Assembly (NCBI GenBank): GCA_043826355.1
Contig: JBDRQI010000004.1
Location: forward strand, 85,961-149,960
Length of the DNA stretch: 64,000 bases
Direction of reading: 5' to 3'
From: Candidatus Omnitrophota bacterium
Lineage (GTDB): Bacteria > Ratteibacteria > UBA8468 > MWAK01
Position 1 is the first letter of the stretch. The number at the start of each line of letters is the position of its first letter. Of the stretch, positions 18,232-27,105 are shown one piece after another. The notes under the pieces are model-generated. The model was not told the DNA's origin, searched no databases, and saw only the letters and a list, made by a program, of their open reading frames with translations. A program made the position numbers and the translations under genes.

Positions 18232-18310
18232 TGTACAAATTTGACATTGCTTAAAATATAAGGTAACATTTTTGTACAGGCTGTAATGCGTATCTAAACA
18301 AAATTGTACA
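18232..18310 (+). promoter_or_regulatory. sigma70 promoter with three TGTACA boxes
   Basis: TTGACA(18241)-N17-TAACAT(18264); TGTACA at 18232, 18273 and 18305 (also 17946). Confidence 0.6.
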
Positions 18311-18330
18311 AAAACTTAACATGAATTGAT

Positions 18331-19956
18331 ATGAAAATTTTACTTATTTCGGTGGCCGGATGTCCCAGAACCCCTTCCGATTTCATACCGGACAATGGTC
18401 TGGCTTTATTGGCTTCCTTGTTTATTTCTCAAGGCCACCAGGTGAAAATTCTTGATTACAATACTACGGAAACCCTGAAACGTTCTTTTCCGGAAAATAT
18501 CAGCACCCGCCTGAAAAAAATCGCCGGACCTATTTTTCAGGGCAGTAAGCCCGGACTTTTGACACTGCTGCGCCTTTCTTTTTTAGAGAAAAAGTTGCGG
18601 GCACACCAAATCAGGGTTTTTTACGAAATCGGCTCTGAGATTGCCGATCTGACGGAAAGAGAGAAAGTTGATTTCGTGGGGTTAAAACTTTGGAACGGGG
18701 ATGGGTTTACCGCTTCGCTGATTATCGCCGATGTTTTAAAAAAGAGAAATCCGAAGATACTGGTTTTTGGCGGAGGTCCCCAGGTGGATTTTTTCCGGGA
18801 GAATATTTACCGGGCAACTTCTGATTTTGATGCCCTGGTTTACGGGGAAGGCGAGCACGCCATCCTGGGTTTAGTTGATTTCGTTCAAGGCAAGAAAGGT
18901 TTGCGGGAGATTCCCAACCTGATTTTTCGTGATTCCGGCCGGATAGTAACCACGCCCCAAAAATGGACGGAAGACCTGAACCAATTGCCTTTTGCCAATT
19001 ACGACCCGTCTGTTTATCCGGCTATGAAGGATAACGGACGTCTGAAGTTTATCGTGCTTGACGAAAGCCGGGGGTGTTCTTTTTCCTGTTATTTTTGCAT
19101 TCATCCCGTGAAGAGCGGCCGGCCGAGAGTCAAGAGCGTTGAGCGGATAATTGCGGAAATAACGCATTATCAGGAGAAATACGGCGTTTCTCTCTTCCGT
19201 TACGGCGGTTCCAATACGCCTCCGAAATTATTGGAGGAGGTGGCCCGGTCCATAATTCAGAACAATCTTAAGATTAAATATACCGTTCTGACCGATTTAC
19301 GCCAGGAGGGGATTGATTTTTCGCTGCTTAAAGATTCCGGTTGTTTCGCTGTCTTTTTCGGAGTGGAATCCACCGACCCGGGGATTTTGGCGAAAGCGAT
19401 AAACAAGAAGGCCTTTCCGGAGCGGATGGAAAATATCCTGAAGGAAGCGAAAACGGCCGGAATTTTTATTGTCGTCAGTCTGATTGTGCCGGCTCCCGGC
19501 GAAACCGAAGAGACGAAAAAGAAGACCCTGGAGTTTTTGTTGAGGACCAGGCCGGATTCAGTCCTGGTTCAATTTCCCGGTATTCTTCCCGGAACCGAAT
19601 GGTTTAAAAATCCGGAAAAATATGGTTTTTCAATTAAAAACAAGAAGGCCTATCCCGATAAGGTAATGAACTATAAGATGCGTCTTTTTTTCCCGCCCCG
19701 CTTCTGGGACCCGCTTCCTTATCGGGTAGATGGTAAAAAATTCCGTTCTTTTGTCCGGGAAACGGAATTATTTTTGAAAAAATTGGAATCGGTTGGGCTG
19801 ACAACCGGAATAGCCGATGATATTGCTTTAATGTCAAAATACAGCCATCTTTCTCCGAAGGAATTCCGCGACCTGAATCGCGGTTACTTTTTTACCGGGG
19901 ATGCCCTTAACCTGCAGGAATTAATCGTAAAAATCAATGGCGGAAAGAATTACTGA
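18331..19956 (+). CDS. Cobalamin-binding radical SAM protein
   Basis: N-terminal B12-like domain (GGPQ, YGEGE), ESRGCSFSCYFC, FGVES. Confidence 0.9.
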   Translation: MKILLISVAGCPRTPSDFIPDNGLALLASLFISQGHQVKILDYNTTETLKRSFPENISTRLKKIAGPIFQGSKPGLLTLLRLSFLEKKLRAHQIRVFYEIGSEIADLTEREKVDFVGLKLWNGDGFTASLIIADVLKKRNPKILVFGGGPQVDFFRENIYRATSDFDALVYGEGEHAILGLVDFVQGKKGLREIPNLIFRDSGRIVTTPQKWTEDLNQLPFANYDPSVYPAMKDNGRLKFIVLDESRGCSFSCYFCIHPVKSGRPRVKSVERIIAEITHYQEKYGVSLFRYGGSNTPPKLLEEVARSIIQNNLKIKYTVLTDLRQEGIDFSLLKDSGCFAVFFGVESTDPGILAKAINKKAFPERMENILKEAKTAGIFIVVSLIVPAPGETEETKKKTLEFLLRTRPDSVLVQFPGILPGTEWFKNPEKYGFSIKNKKAYPDKVMNYKMRLFFPPRFWDPLPYRVDGKKFRSFVRETELFLKKLESVGLTTGIADDIALMSKYSHLSPKEFRDLNRGYFFTGDALNLQELIVKINGGKNY

Positions 19957-21178
19957 AGAGAAGAAACGGGTGGTCATTACCGGGATAGGAGTTATTTCTC
20001 CCAACGGTATCGGTAAAGAGGTGTTCTGGGAAGCGCTGAGAACCGGTAAGTCCGGCATCAAAAAAATCACTTCTTTCGACGCTTCAAGTTTTCCCTGCCA
20101 GATAGCCGGGGAGGTGACTGGCCGTCTTCCGCTTGATTTTATGGAGAAAAAAGCGGTCAGGAGAATGGCCCGGTCCAGCCAGTTCGCAGTAGCTGCAACT
20201 CAGATGGCTATGGTCGATGCCGGTTTTAATTCAATAATTCCCGAGCCGATTCGCTCTTCCGTAACTTTGGGGATAAGCAGCAGCGCGATCGATGTTATCG
20301 AGAAAGATTTTGCAATTTTTTTGAAGAAAGGACATTTGGCGATTAGTCCCTACGGAATCCTGGCTGTTTCTCCTCACGCCGCAGTTAGCGAAATTGTTAA
20401 ATTGCTAAACCATCCCGGTTCCGGCGAAACGCTTGGCAATGATTGCACAGCTGGTCTCGACGCTATTGGACTTACCTACCTGAGAATCAGGTCCGGGGAA
20501 ATTTCACTCGGCATCTGCGGCGGCGTTGATGCGCCGATCAGCCCTTTGCTGTGGGGATGGTTTTGTCAGGGAGGTCTGGTGCCTCCGGTAGCGGATAACC
20601 CGGAGGGTGCCAGCCGGCCTTTTGATTTGAAGCGAACGGTGGGCATAATTTCGGAAGGAGCCGCAGTTTTTATTCTGGAAGAGATGGCGCAGGCGCTGTA
20701 CCGGCGCGCCGCTATTTACGGTGAAATCATTGGTTTCGGAAATAACAGCGAGAATTGCCTGGATGAAGGATTGAGGAAATCCATGGAAAAGGCAATTCTT
20801 CAGGCGCTTATTTCTTTTTCCGAGATAGATTATATTTCCGCACACGGTCCTTCTCATTGCCTGATTGATAAGATAGAGACGGATGCCATCAAAAAACTTT
20901 TCGGTCAAGAGGCCTACCGGATACCGGTCAGTTCCATCAAATCAATGATTGGCAATCCTTTGGCGGCCGGCGGACCGCTCCAGGTGGCCGCTCTTCCGCT
21001 CAGTTTTCAGAAAGGCCTTATTCCGCCGACCATAAACTACCGGTATCCGGACCCGGCCTGCGACCTTGATTATATTCCGAACAAACCGCGTTATAATGAA
21101 GTTAAGGTGGCTTTGGTTAATTCTCATGGGATTGGAGGGGGTAATTCCTCTCTGCTGATAAAAAAATGTCGTATTTGA
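19937..21178 (+). CDS. FabF-fold beta-ketoacyl synthase-like protein with variant active site
   Basis: RVVITGIGVISPNG, catalytic Cys in NDCTAG, SRPFD, AHGPS, KSMIGNPLAA (His->Asn), NSHGIGG. Confidence 0.9.
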   Translation: MAERITEEKKRVVITGIGVISPNGIGKEVFWEALRTGKSGIKKITSFDASSFPCQIAGEVTGRLPLDFMEKKAVRRMARSSQFAVAATQMAMVDAGFNSIIPEPIRSSVTLGISSSAIDVIEKDFAIFLKKGHLAISPYGILAVSPHAAVSEIVKLLNHPGSGETLGNDCTAGLDAIGLTYLRIRSGEISLGICGGVDAPISPLLWGWFCQGGLVPPVADNPEGASRPFDLKRTVGIISEGAAVFILEEMAQALYRRAAIYGEIIGFGNNSENCLDEGLRKSMEKAILQALISFSEIDYISAHGPSHCLIDKIETDAIKKLFGQEAYRIPVSSIKSMIGNPLAAGGPLQVAALPLSFQKGLIPPTINYRYPDPACDLDYIPNKPRYNEVKVALVNSHGIGGGNSSLLIKKCRI

Positions 21179-23301
21179 TGAAATTGTTTTTCCTGGTAAA
21201 CATACTGGCCGCGGTCACTTCCACCGGAATCGGCCTGTTTGTTTTTTTAAGGAAAAAAAATACCAAGAACCGACTTTATTTAATATTTAATTTAAACTTA
21301 GCCGGCTGGGCAATAGCGATGTTGCTTGGTCTCCAACAGGCCGGCATAAGTATCGAAAAATTCCCCTTCTGGGTTAGGGTGGCAACCGCAATCGCCGTAT
21401 TCATACCCGCGGTCTTCTATCATTTTGTCGCAACTTTCAGGGAAGATGTTCATGAGAAGAAGGCAAGATTTCTGTTTTATTATTTAATCAGCGGTCTCCT
21501 TGTCTGCCTGGCTTTTACCCCGTCTTTTATCAAGAGTTACTTTTTTCATGTGCCGGAACAGAAACTTCGTTTTGCTTCCCCGCTGGTCGTTTACGGAAAT
21601 TCTTTCGTTTTTGTCTCCATTTATGTTTTAGGTTTATTGATAATCTCCCTGGTCAGTCTTTTGCGGACACGAAAAAGGAACAGCGGTTTTAAGAGGTTGG
21701 AAATAGATTATGTTTTTGGCACGGTTGCGCTCGGAACGGCTTTTGTGTGCTTAACTTCGCTTGTTTCGCCCTATATCGGAATTGTCCGGTTTACTCCGTT
21801 AGCGCCGTTTTCAGCCGTGCTCATGAGCGGCATTATCGCATACGGCATTGCCCGCCATCGGATTCTGGAAGTTTCTTTTGTTTTAAAGCGGACAACGATG
21901 TATGCTATTCTGACCGTTTTTCTGGTTTTAATTTACGGCGTTGTCGTTTTCATGCTGAATTTACTATTTCAAGGGAGGGTTGTACCCGTCAACCTGTTTA
22001 TTCCCAACATGATTGCCGCCATTGCCATTGCTTTTATTTTTTCTCCCGTTAAAGAAAAGATCCAGGTCTATCTGGACAAGTTTTTTTTCCGGAGACGGCA
22101 TCAGCCGGAAAAGGTGTTGAGCGAACTGAGCGAAATCCTGAGTTCCCGCGAGGATATTTCACGTTTGTTGCGGCTATCCCTGGAAAGGATTGCGCCGGCT
22201 TTAAAAGTAAAAAACGTCCTGATAGCCCTGCGCGGAAACAAAGAGGCGGATAATTTTTTCATCGGCGCCATGGTGGGACACGGATTCAGAAAAAATCAAC
22301 TTATTCTGGATTTAAATAAAGAAAGCGCTTTTGTAAAGGAATTAGCCCGGGGAGATGTTTTGATTCGCGATGAACTGGAGCGAATGTCTTTTGATTCGGG
22401 CCGGGACCATGCGGTTGCTTTGCTGAAAGCCATGCCGGCGGAAATGTCTGTTCCGCTCATGCTCAAGAATGAACTGGTCGGTTTTTTAATTATGTCCCAG
22501 AAGGAAAACCGAAAAATCTTCTCCAAGCATGATTTGGAATTTCTGCGTACCATTTCCGGCCAGCTGGCCATGGTTATCAATAACGCGGAACTTTTTTCCC
22601 AGTTGCAGCGGGCGGAGCGGCTGGCGGCCGCCGGGATAATCGCCGCCGGGATGGCCCATGAAATCCGGAACCCGCTGGTTTCCATCAAGACCTTCGTCCA
22701 GTTGCTTCCGGAAAAGTTCAATGATCCGGAGTTTCGGCAGACGTTTACGCAGATTGCTTCCCAGGAAGTTGACCGGATAAACCGCCTCCTGGAAGACCTT
22801 TTGAATTTTGCCCGGCCGGCACAGATGCAAAAAAAGAAAACCAATCTTTCCGAAACAATTGAAAAGAGTCTTTTCATGCTTACCAATGAATTGGCCGCCC
22901 GGGAGATTACCGTGGAGAAGGAATATCCCGCGGAAGATATTTTCGTTGAAGGCGACGAAGCCCAGCTTCAGCGGGTATTTTCCAACTTGTTTCTCAACAG
23001 CATTCAGGCGATGGAGAACGGGGGCAGGTTGACGGTTACAGCCAGCACTTCTCCTTACAAGCAGCGGTTTTTTATCAAGATAATTGATACGGGCAAGGGT
23101 GTTCCTTCAGAAAACCTTGCCCGGATATTTGACCCATTTTTCAGTACCCGGACCGGCGGAACCGGGCTGGGGCTTGCCATTGCCCATAATATCGTGAAGG
23201 AACACGGCGGTGAAATTGAGGTGCAGAGCGTTCCGAACAACGGAACCGCCTTTACGCTGGAATTTCCCGCCGCGTATCTGTCTGCCCTGGAGGAAAAATG
23301 A
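21166..23301 (+). CDS. Membrane sensor histidine kinase (7TM-type N-terminus, GAF, HisKA, HATPase)
   Basis: About 9 hydrophobic helices, AHEIRNPL H-box, FDPFFSTR, GTGLGL. Confidence 0.92.
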   Translation: MSYLMKLFFLVNILAAVTSTGIGLFVFLRKKNTKNRLYLIFNLNLAGWAIAMLLGLQQAGISIEKFPFWVRVATAIAVFIPAVFYHFVATFREDVHEKKARFLFYYLISGLLVCLAFTPSFIKSYFFHVPEQKLRFASPLVVYGNSFVFVSIYVLGLLIISLVSLLRTRKRNSGFKRLEIDYVFGTVALGTAFVCLTSLVSPYIGIVRFTPLAPFSAVLMSGIIAYGIARHRILEVSFVLKRTTMYAILTVFLVLIYGVVVFMLNLLFQGRVVPVNLFIPNMIAAIAIAFIFSPVKEKIQVYLDKFFFRRRHQPEKVLSELSEILSSREDISRLLRLSLERIAPALKVKNVLIALRGNKEADNFFIGAMVGHGFRKNQLILDLNKESAFVKELARGDVLIRDELERMSFDSGRDHAVALLKAMPAEMSVPLMLKNELVGFLIMSQKENRKIFSKHDLEFLRTISGQLAMVINNAELFSQLQRAERLAAAGIIAAGMAHEIRNPLVSIKTFVQLLPEKFNDPEFRQTFTQIASQEVDRINRLLEDLLNFARPAQMQKKKTNLSETIEKSLFMLTNELAAREITVEKEYPAEDIFVEGDEAQLQRVFSNLFLNSIQAMENGGRLTVTASTSPYKQRFFIKIIDTGKGVPSENLARIFDPFFSTRTGGTGLGLAIAHNIVKEHGGEIEVQSVPNNGTAFTLEFPAAYLSALEEK

Positions 23302-25283
23302 TTCTATCCGCAATCATTTCCGATAGTCCGGCGCTCAAAGAAGAACTATCACTCCTTTTCAAGGATTCTCTCACCTTTTTGGATATCGGCAAAGGTCTGT
23401 TTTTTGGATCGGAATTACACCAGCCGTTCAGCATTCTTTTTCTGGATGTCCCCCTGAAGGAAAACGACCCGTTTGCGATTTTACGTCAGGTCCGCAAGTA
23501 TCAGCCGGGGTTGCCGGTGGTGGTTCTTCTGCCCGGTTCCGCTTCTTTGGCGGGAACCGAGGCCTTGCAGCAGGGCGCCTATGATATGCTGAATAAGCCG
23601 ATTGACCGGGAAAGGCTTAAAATTATCGTTTCCCACGCCTTGGAAAAAGAATTCCTGGCCCGGGAAAAGGAGTATCTGGAAAAACAGTTTTTAAAGATGG
23701 TTGAAAGACGCCCGGCGCCGGTTATTTTGGAACAGGGCCGGGATTTTTACGCCGGGGCGCTGCGTCGCATTTCGGAAACATTGCTGAATATTTTTAAGGA
23801 AAATGATTTCGCGGAATTGCTGGTAAAAACCATCGGAGAGGTGTTTGGCCTTTCCCGTATCGCCCTGTTTTTGCTGGAGAAAGGAGAGTACCGGGTTCGC
23901 GCTTCTTTCGGTTGGGATAATTCCTGGGCCGGACAGGTCTCCTTTTCCGTTTCCGATGGTTTGGCTGCCTGGCTGGAAAAGGAACAGAAGATTCTCCGTT
24001 ACGAAAAAATTGTGGACCTTGACCCTGCAAAATCGGGAAGCCGGTTGCAGAACGACCTGGAACTGGCCGGCGCCAAAATCTGCGTTCCGGTCTTTTTTCG
24101 CGGAAAGGTGAGTGGTTTCCTCTCCCTGGGAAATAAAATTTCCGGACGAGATTTCAGCGAGGAAGACATAGACTTTTTTTCATTTCTGGCGAATTACTTG
24201 GGACTGGTCATTGATAACGCCTCCCTTTACCACCAGGCGTTTCTTAAGCAGAAGGAACAGGAGATGATTTTGGAGCATCTGACCGCCGGGGTGATTGCCG
24301 TTAACCCGGAGGGCCGGATTACTTCCTGCAACCGGAAGGCGGCGGAGATACTGGCTGTTGCTCCGGAGGAGATGCAAGGCGCCGGCATCCAGAAAGCCGG
24401 TTCGCAGTTGGCCGACTTTATCTGGCGGGCCTTAAGGAATAGTGAACTTGTTCAAAACGAAAGGATCGTTTATCCGGCGACCAAAAAGCCGCTTAGGGTT
24501 AGCACCAACCTAATCAGGGACGAGGCTGAGGCGACGGCCGGGGCCGTGCTCATCTTTTCCGATGCCACCTTCCTGGAGGAGATGGAGCAAAAGGTCGGTT
24601 ACCTGGAACGGTTGAACTTCTGGTACCAGTTGGCCGGCAGTATGGCGCACCAGATAAAGAATCCGCTGGTGGCGATTAAGACCTTTGTCCAGTTGCTTCC
24701 CGAAAAATACCAGGACCGGGAATTCCGGGAAAATTTTTTCCGAATTGTTTCCGAAGAAGTAGAGCGCTTAAACCGGATAGCTTCCGACCTGTTTGAATTC
24801 GCGGAACCGGTCGAAATGCGCATCGTTCCGGTACCGTTGAAAAAGGTTCTTGAATCTTCCATTGAAAAATTCCTCCGGGAATCCGGGCGCCGGATTGAAC
24901 TGGTAAAAGAGTGTCCGGATAATCTGGTGGCTGACATTGACCGCCAGAGCATTGAAAAAGCGTTTGACTGCATCCTGACAAATTCCGGAGAGGCGACCGA
25001 AGGTACCGGCCGGATAGATATCAAGGCCGAACCGGTGATAGAAAATGGCCGTTCATTCATCAGGGTGGATTTCAAGGACAACGGCGCCGGAATTATGCCG
25101 GAAAACCTGCCGGAGGTCTTTTCGCCTTTTTACACGACCAAAACGAAAGGCATGGGTTTGGGGCTGCCGATTGCTCAGAGAATTATTGAAGACCACGGCG
25201 GAAAGATCCGGCTGGAAAGCGTTCCCGGAAAGGGAACGGTCTGCCGGGTTTTCCTCCCGGTAAAGAAAGGTGATGAGCGATGA
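23298..25283 (+). CDS. Cytoplasmic hybrid kinase (degenerate REC, GAF, PAS, HisKA, HATPase)
   Basis: REC-like GAYDMLNKP, PAS GVIAVNPEGRITSCNRKA, AHQIKNPL, GMGLGL. Confidence 0.9.
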   Translation: MILSAIISDSPALKEELSLLFKDSLTFLDIGKGLFFGSELHQPFSILFLDVPLKENDPFAILRQVRKYQPGLPVVVLLPGSASLAGTEALQQGAYDMLNKPIDRERLKIIVSHALEKEFLAREKEYLEKQFLKMVERRPAPVILEQGRDFYAGALRRISETLLNIFKENDFAELLVKTIGEVFGLSRIALFLLEKGEYRVRASFGWDNSWAGQVSFSVSDGLAAWLEKEQKILRYEKIVDLDPAKSGSRLQNDLELAGAKICVPVFFRGKVSGFLSLGNKISGRDFSEEDIDFFSFLANYLGLVIDNASLYHQAFLKQKEQEMILEHLTAGVIAVNPEGRITSCNRKAAEILAVAPEEMQGAGIQKAGSQLADFIWRALRNSELVQNERIVYPATKKPLRVSTNLIRDEAEATAGAVLIFSDATFLEEMEQKVGYLERLNFWYQLAGSMAHQIKNPLVAIKTFVQLLPEKYQDREFRENFFRIVSEEVERLNRIASDLFEFAEPVEMRIVPVPLKKVLESSIEKFLRESGRRIELVKECPDNLVADIDRQSIEKAFDCILTNSGEATEGTGRIDIKAEPVIENGRSFIRVDFKDNGAGIMPENLPEVFSPFYTTKTKGMGLGLPIAQRIIEDHGGKIRLESVPGKGTVCRVFLPVKKGDER

Positions 25284-26641
25284 AGAAAATTCTGATTGTT
25301 GACGACGAGAAGAATGTTTGCGAAGCGCTGCGGATGCTCCTGAAGGATGATTATCAAATCAGCGTGGCGTCCAGCGGTCGGGAAGGGCTTAAGTTATTGG
25401 AAGAAGACCCCCGGTTGGTTATTCTGGATGTTGTAATGCCGGATATGGACGGCTTGGCGGTTCTGCGGAAGATTCGTCAGTTCAATCCGGAGCTGCCGGT
25501 AATTATGCTCAGCGCGGTTGACCGGGTAAAGACCGTGGTGGAAGCGATGCGGCTGGGCGCGGTTGACTATATCGCTAAGCCGTTTGAAAGCGAGGAGTTG
25601 AAACTGGTAATCCGCAAGATGCTTGATTACAGCCGGCTGCAGGAAGAAGTGGCCTATCTGCAGACGATAAGTCGGGATTACCGGGAAGCGGAATTTGTGG
25701 GCCGGGGCCCTGCGGCGCAAAAAGTTCTCCAGGAGGTGGCCCGGGTTGCCCGGACTCCTTCCAGCGTCCTGATTACCGGAGAGAGCGGAACCGGCAAGGA
25801 AGTAGTTGCAAAGTTAATTCACTATCACAGTTCCAGCGCGGACAAACCCTTTATCGCCGTACACTGCGCCGCCCTGCCGGAAAACCTTTTTGAAAGCGAA
25901 CTCTTCGGTTACGAAAAAGGGGCTTTTACCGACGCCCTGGAAAAGAAGGCCGGGATGTTTGACCTGGCCAAAGACGGAACAATTTTTCTGGATGAAATCG
26001 GGGAGATGCTTCCGGCGACCCAGGTAAAACTTTTGCGCGTGCTTCAGGAGCGGGAATTTCTGCGGCTGGGCGGCACAAAATTAATTAAAACAGAGGCGCG
26101 GGTTCTGGCGGCAACCTCGAAGGACCTGGAGTCCGAGATTGAAAAAGGCGGTTTTCGCCAGGACCTCTATTACCGGCTTAATGTGGTGACGATTGCCATT
26201 CCGCCCTTGCGGGAACGTCCGGAGGATGTTCCGCTTCTGGTGGACCATTTCTTCGCCAAATTCCAAAAAACGCTTCACGTAACGGTAAAATCCATTTCAG
26301 AAGAGGCGAAAAATATCTTTCGGGACTACGGCTGGCCGGGTAACGTGAGAGAACTGAAGAATGTTATTGAAAGAATCCTGGTCCTGCACGGTGACGTCAG
26401 GACCATTCAGCCGGAACATCTTGCAGAGTCGTTTCGGAAAAGGGAGCCTGCTTCTCCGGCATTTCCGTTTCCGGCGTCCGGGAACGTATCACTGGAAGAC
26501 GCAGTCAATAGATACGAAACGGTCTTAATCAAGCAGGCCCTGGAACAGGCCGGCGGAGTTGTCAGTCAGGCGGCGAAAATACTGAAAACCACCCGGCGGA
26601 TTCTTTCCTACCGGATGAAGAAATTAAACCTGCTTCCTTGA
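25280..26641 (+). CDS. sigma54-dependent response regulator (NtrC family)
   Basis: REC, GESGTGKE, ESELFGYEKGAFTDA, FLDEIGE, WPGNVREL, Fis-type HTH. Confidence 0.96.
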   Translation: MKKILIVDDEKNVCEALRMLLKDDYQISVASSGREGLKLLEEDPRLVILDVVMPDMDGLAVLRKIRQFNPELPVIMLSAVDRVKTVVEAMRLGAVDYIAKPFESEELKLVIRKMLDYSRLQEEVAYLQTISRDYREAEFVGRGPAAQKVLQEVARVARTPSSVLITGESGTGKEVVAKLIHYHSSSADKPFIAVHCAALPENLFESELFGYEKGAFTDALEKKAGMFDLAKDGTIFLDEIGEMLPATQVKLLRVLQEREFLRLGGTKLIKTEARVLAATSKDLESEIEKGGFRQDLYYRLNVVTIAIPPLRERPEDVPLLVDHFFAKFQKTLHVTVKSISEEAKNIFRDYGWPGNVRELKNVIERILVLHGDVRTIQPEHLAESFRKREPASPAFPFPASGNVSLEDAVNRYETVLIKQALEQAGGVVSQAAKILKTTRRILSYRMKKLNLLP

Positions 26642-26661
26642 TAATACGCAAAACTTCTTGT

Positions 26662-27081
26662 TGTCATTCTGAGTGAAACGAAGAATCTGGCACACTTTGT
26701 GTCATCCTGAGCCATTAACAATCTGTCATCCTGAGCCGTAGTTGCGAAGGATCTATCCTCATGCCTCGTCAATATTTTGTTTATATTCTGACAAATAAAA
26801 ACAACAAAGTTCTGTACACGGGCGTAACGAACGATTTATCACGAAGAGTGTGGGAACATAAGGAAAAGTTAGTAGATGGATTTAGCAAAAAATATAATTT
26901 GACAAAATTGGTTTACTGCGAAGAAACAGACAAGATAGAAGACGCGATAGCACGCGAAAAACAGATAAAAGGTTGGCTCAGAAAAAAGAAAAATATTTTA
27001 ATAGAATCGATCAATCCTGGCTGGAAAGACCTTTTGGAAGAACCAAAACGAGATTCTTCGCAAAAACGGCTCAGAATGACA
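26662..27081. mobile_element. Family A repeat arms enclosing a GIY-YIG gene (putative autonomous element)
   Basis: Left arms at 26662, 26700 and 26724-26754; inverted right arm at 27051-27081; the gene fills the loop. Confidence 0.65.
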
Positions 27082-27105
27082 GATTATTTTATTAAATTGC
27101 GGTAG
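26761..27105 (+). CDS. Small GIY-YIG nuclease (UPF0213-like)
   Basis: YFVYIL..LYTGVTNDLSRRVWEH..AIAREKQIKGWLRKKK..NPGWKDL; AT-rich relative to neighbours. Confidence 0.93.
   Translation: MPRQYFVYILTNKNNKVLYTGVTNDLSRRVWEHKEKLVDGFSKKYNLTKLVYCEETDKIEDAIAREKQIKGWLRKKKNILIESINPGWKDLLEEPKRDSSQKRLRMTDYFIKLR

Noticed and set aside
21166..26641. PrsK/PrsR (PEP-CTERM) or PilS/PilR assignment
   Set aside because: No PEP-CTERM or exosortase genes are seen and the domain layout differs from PilS; left unnamed
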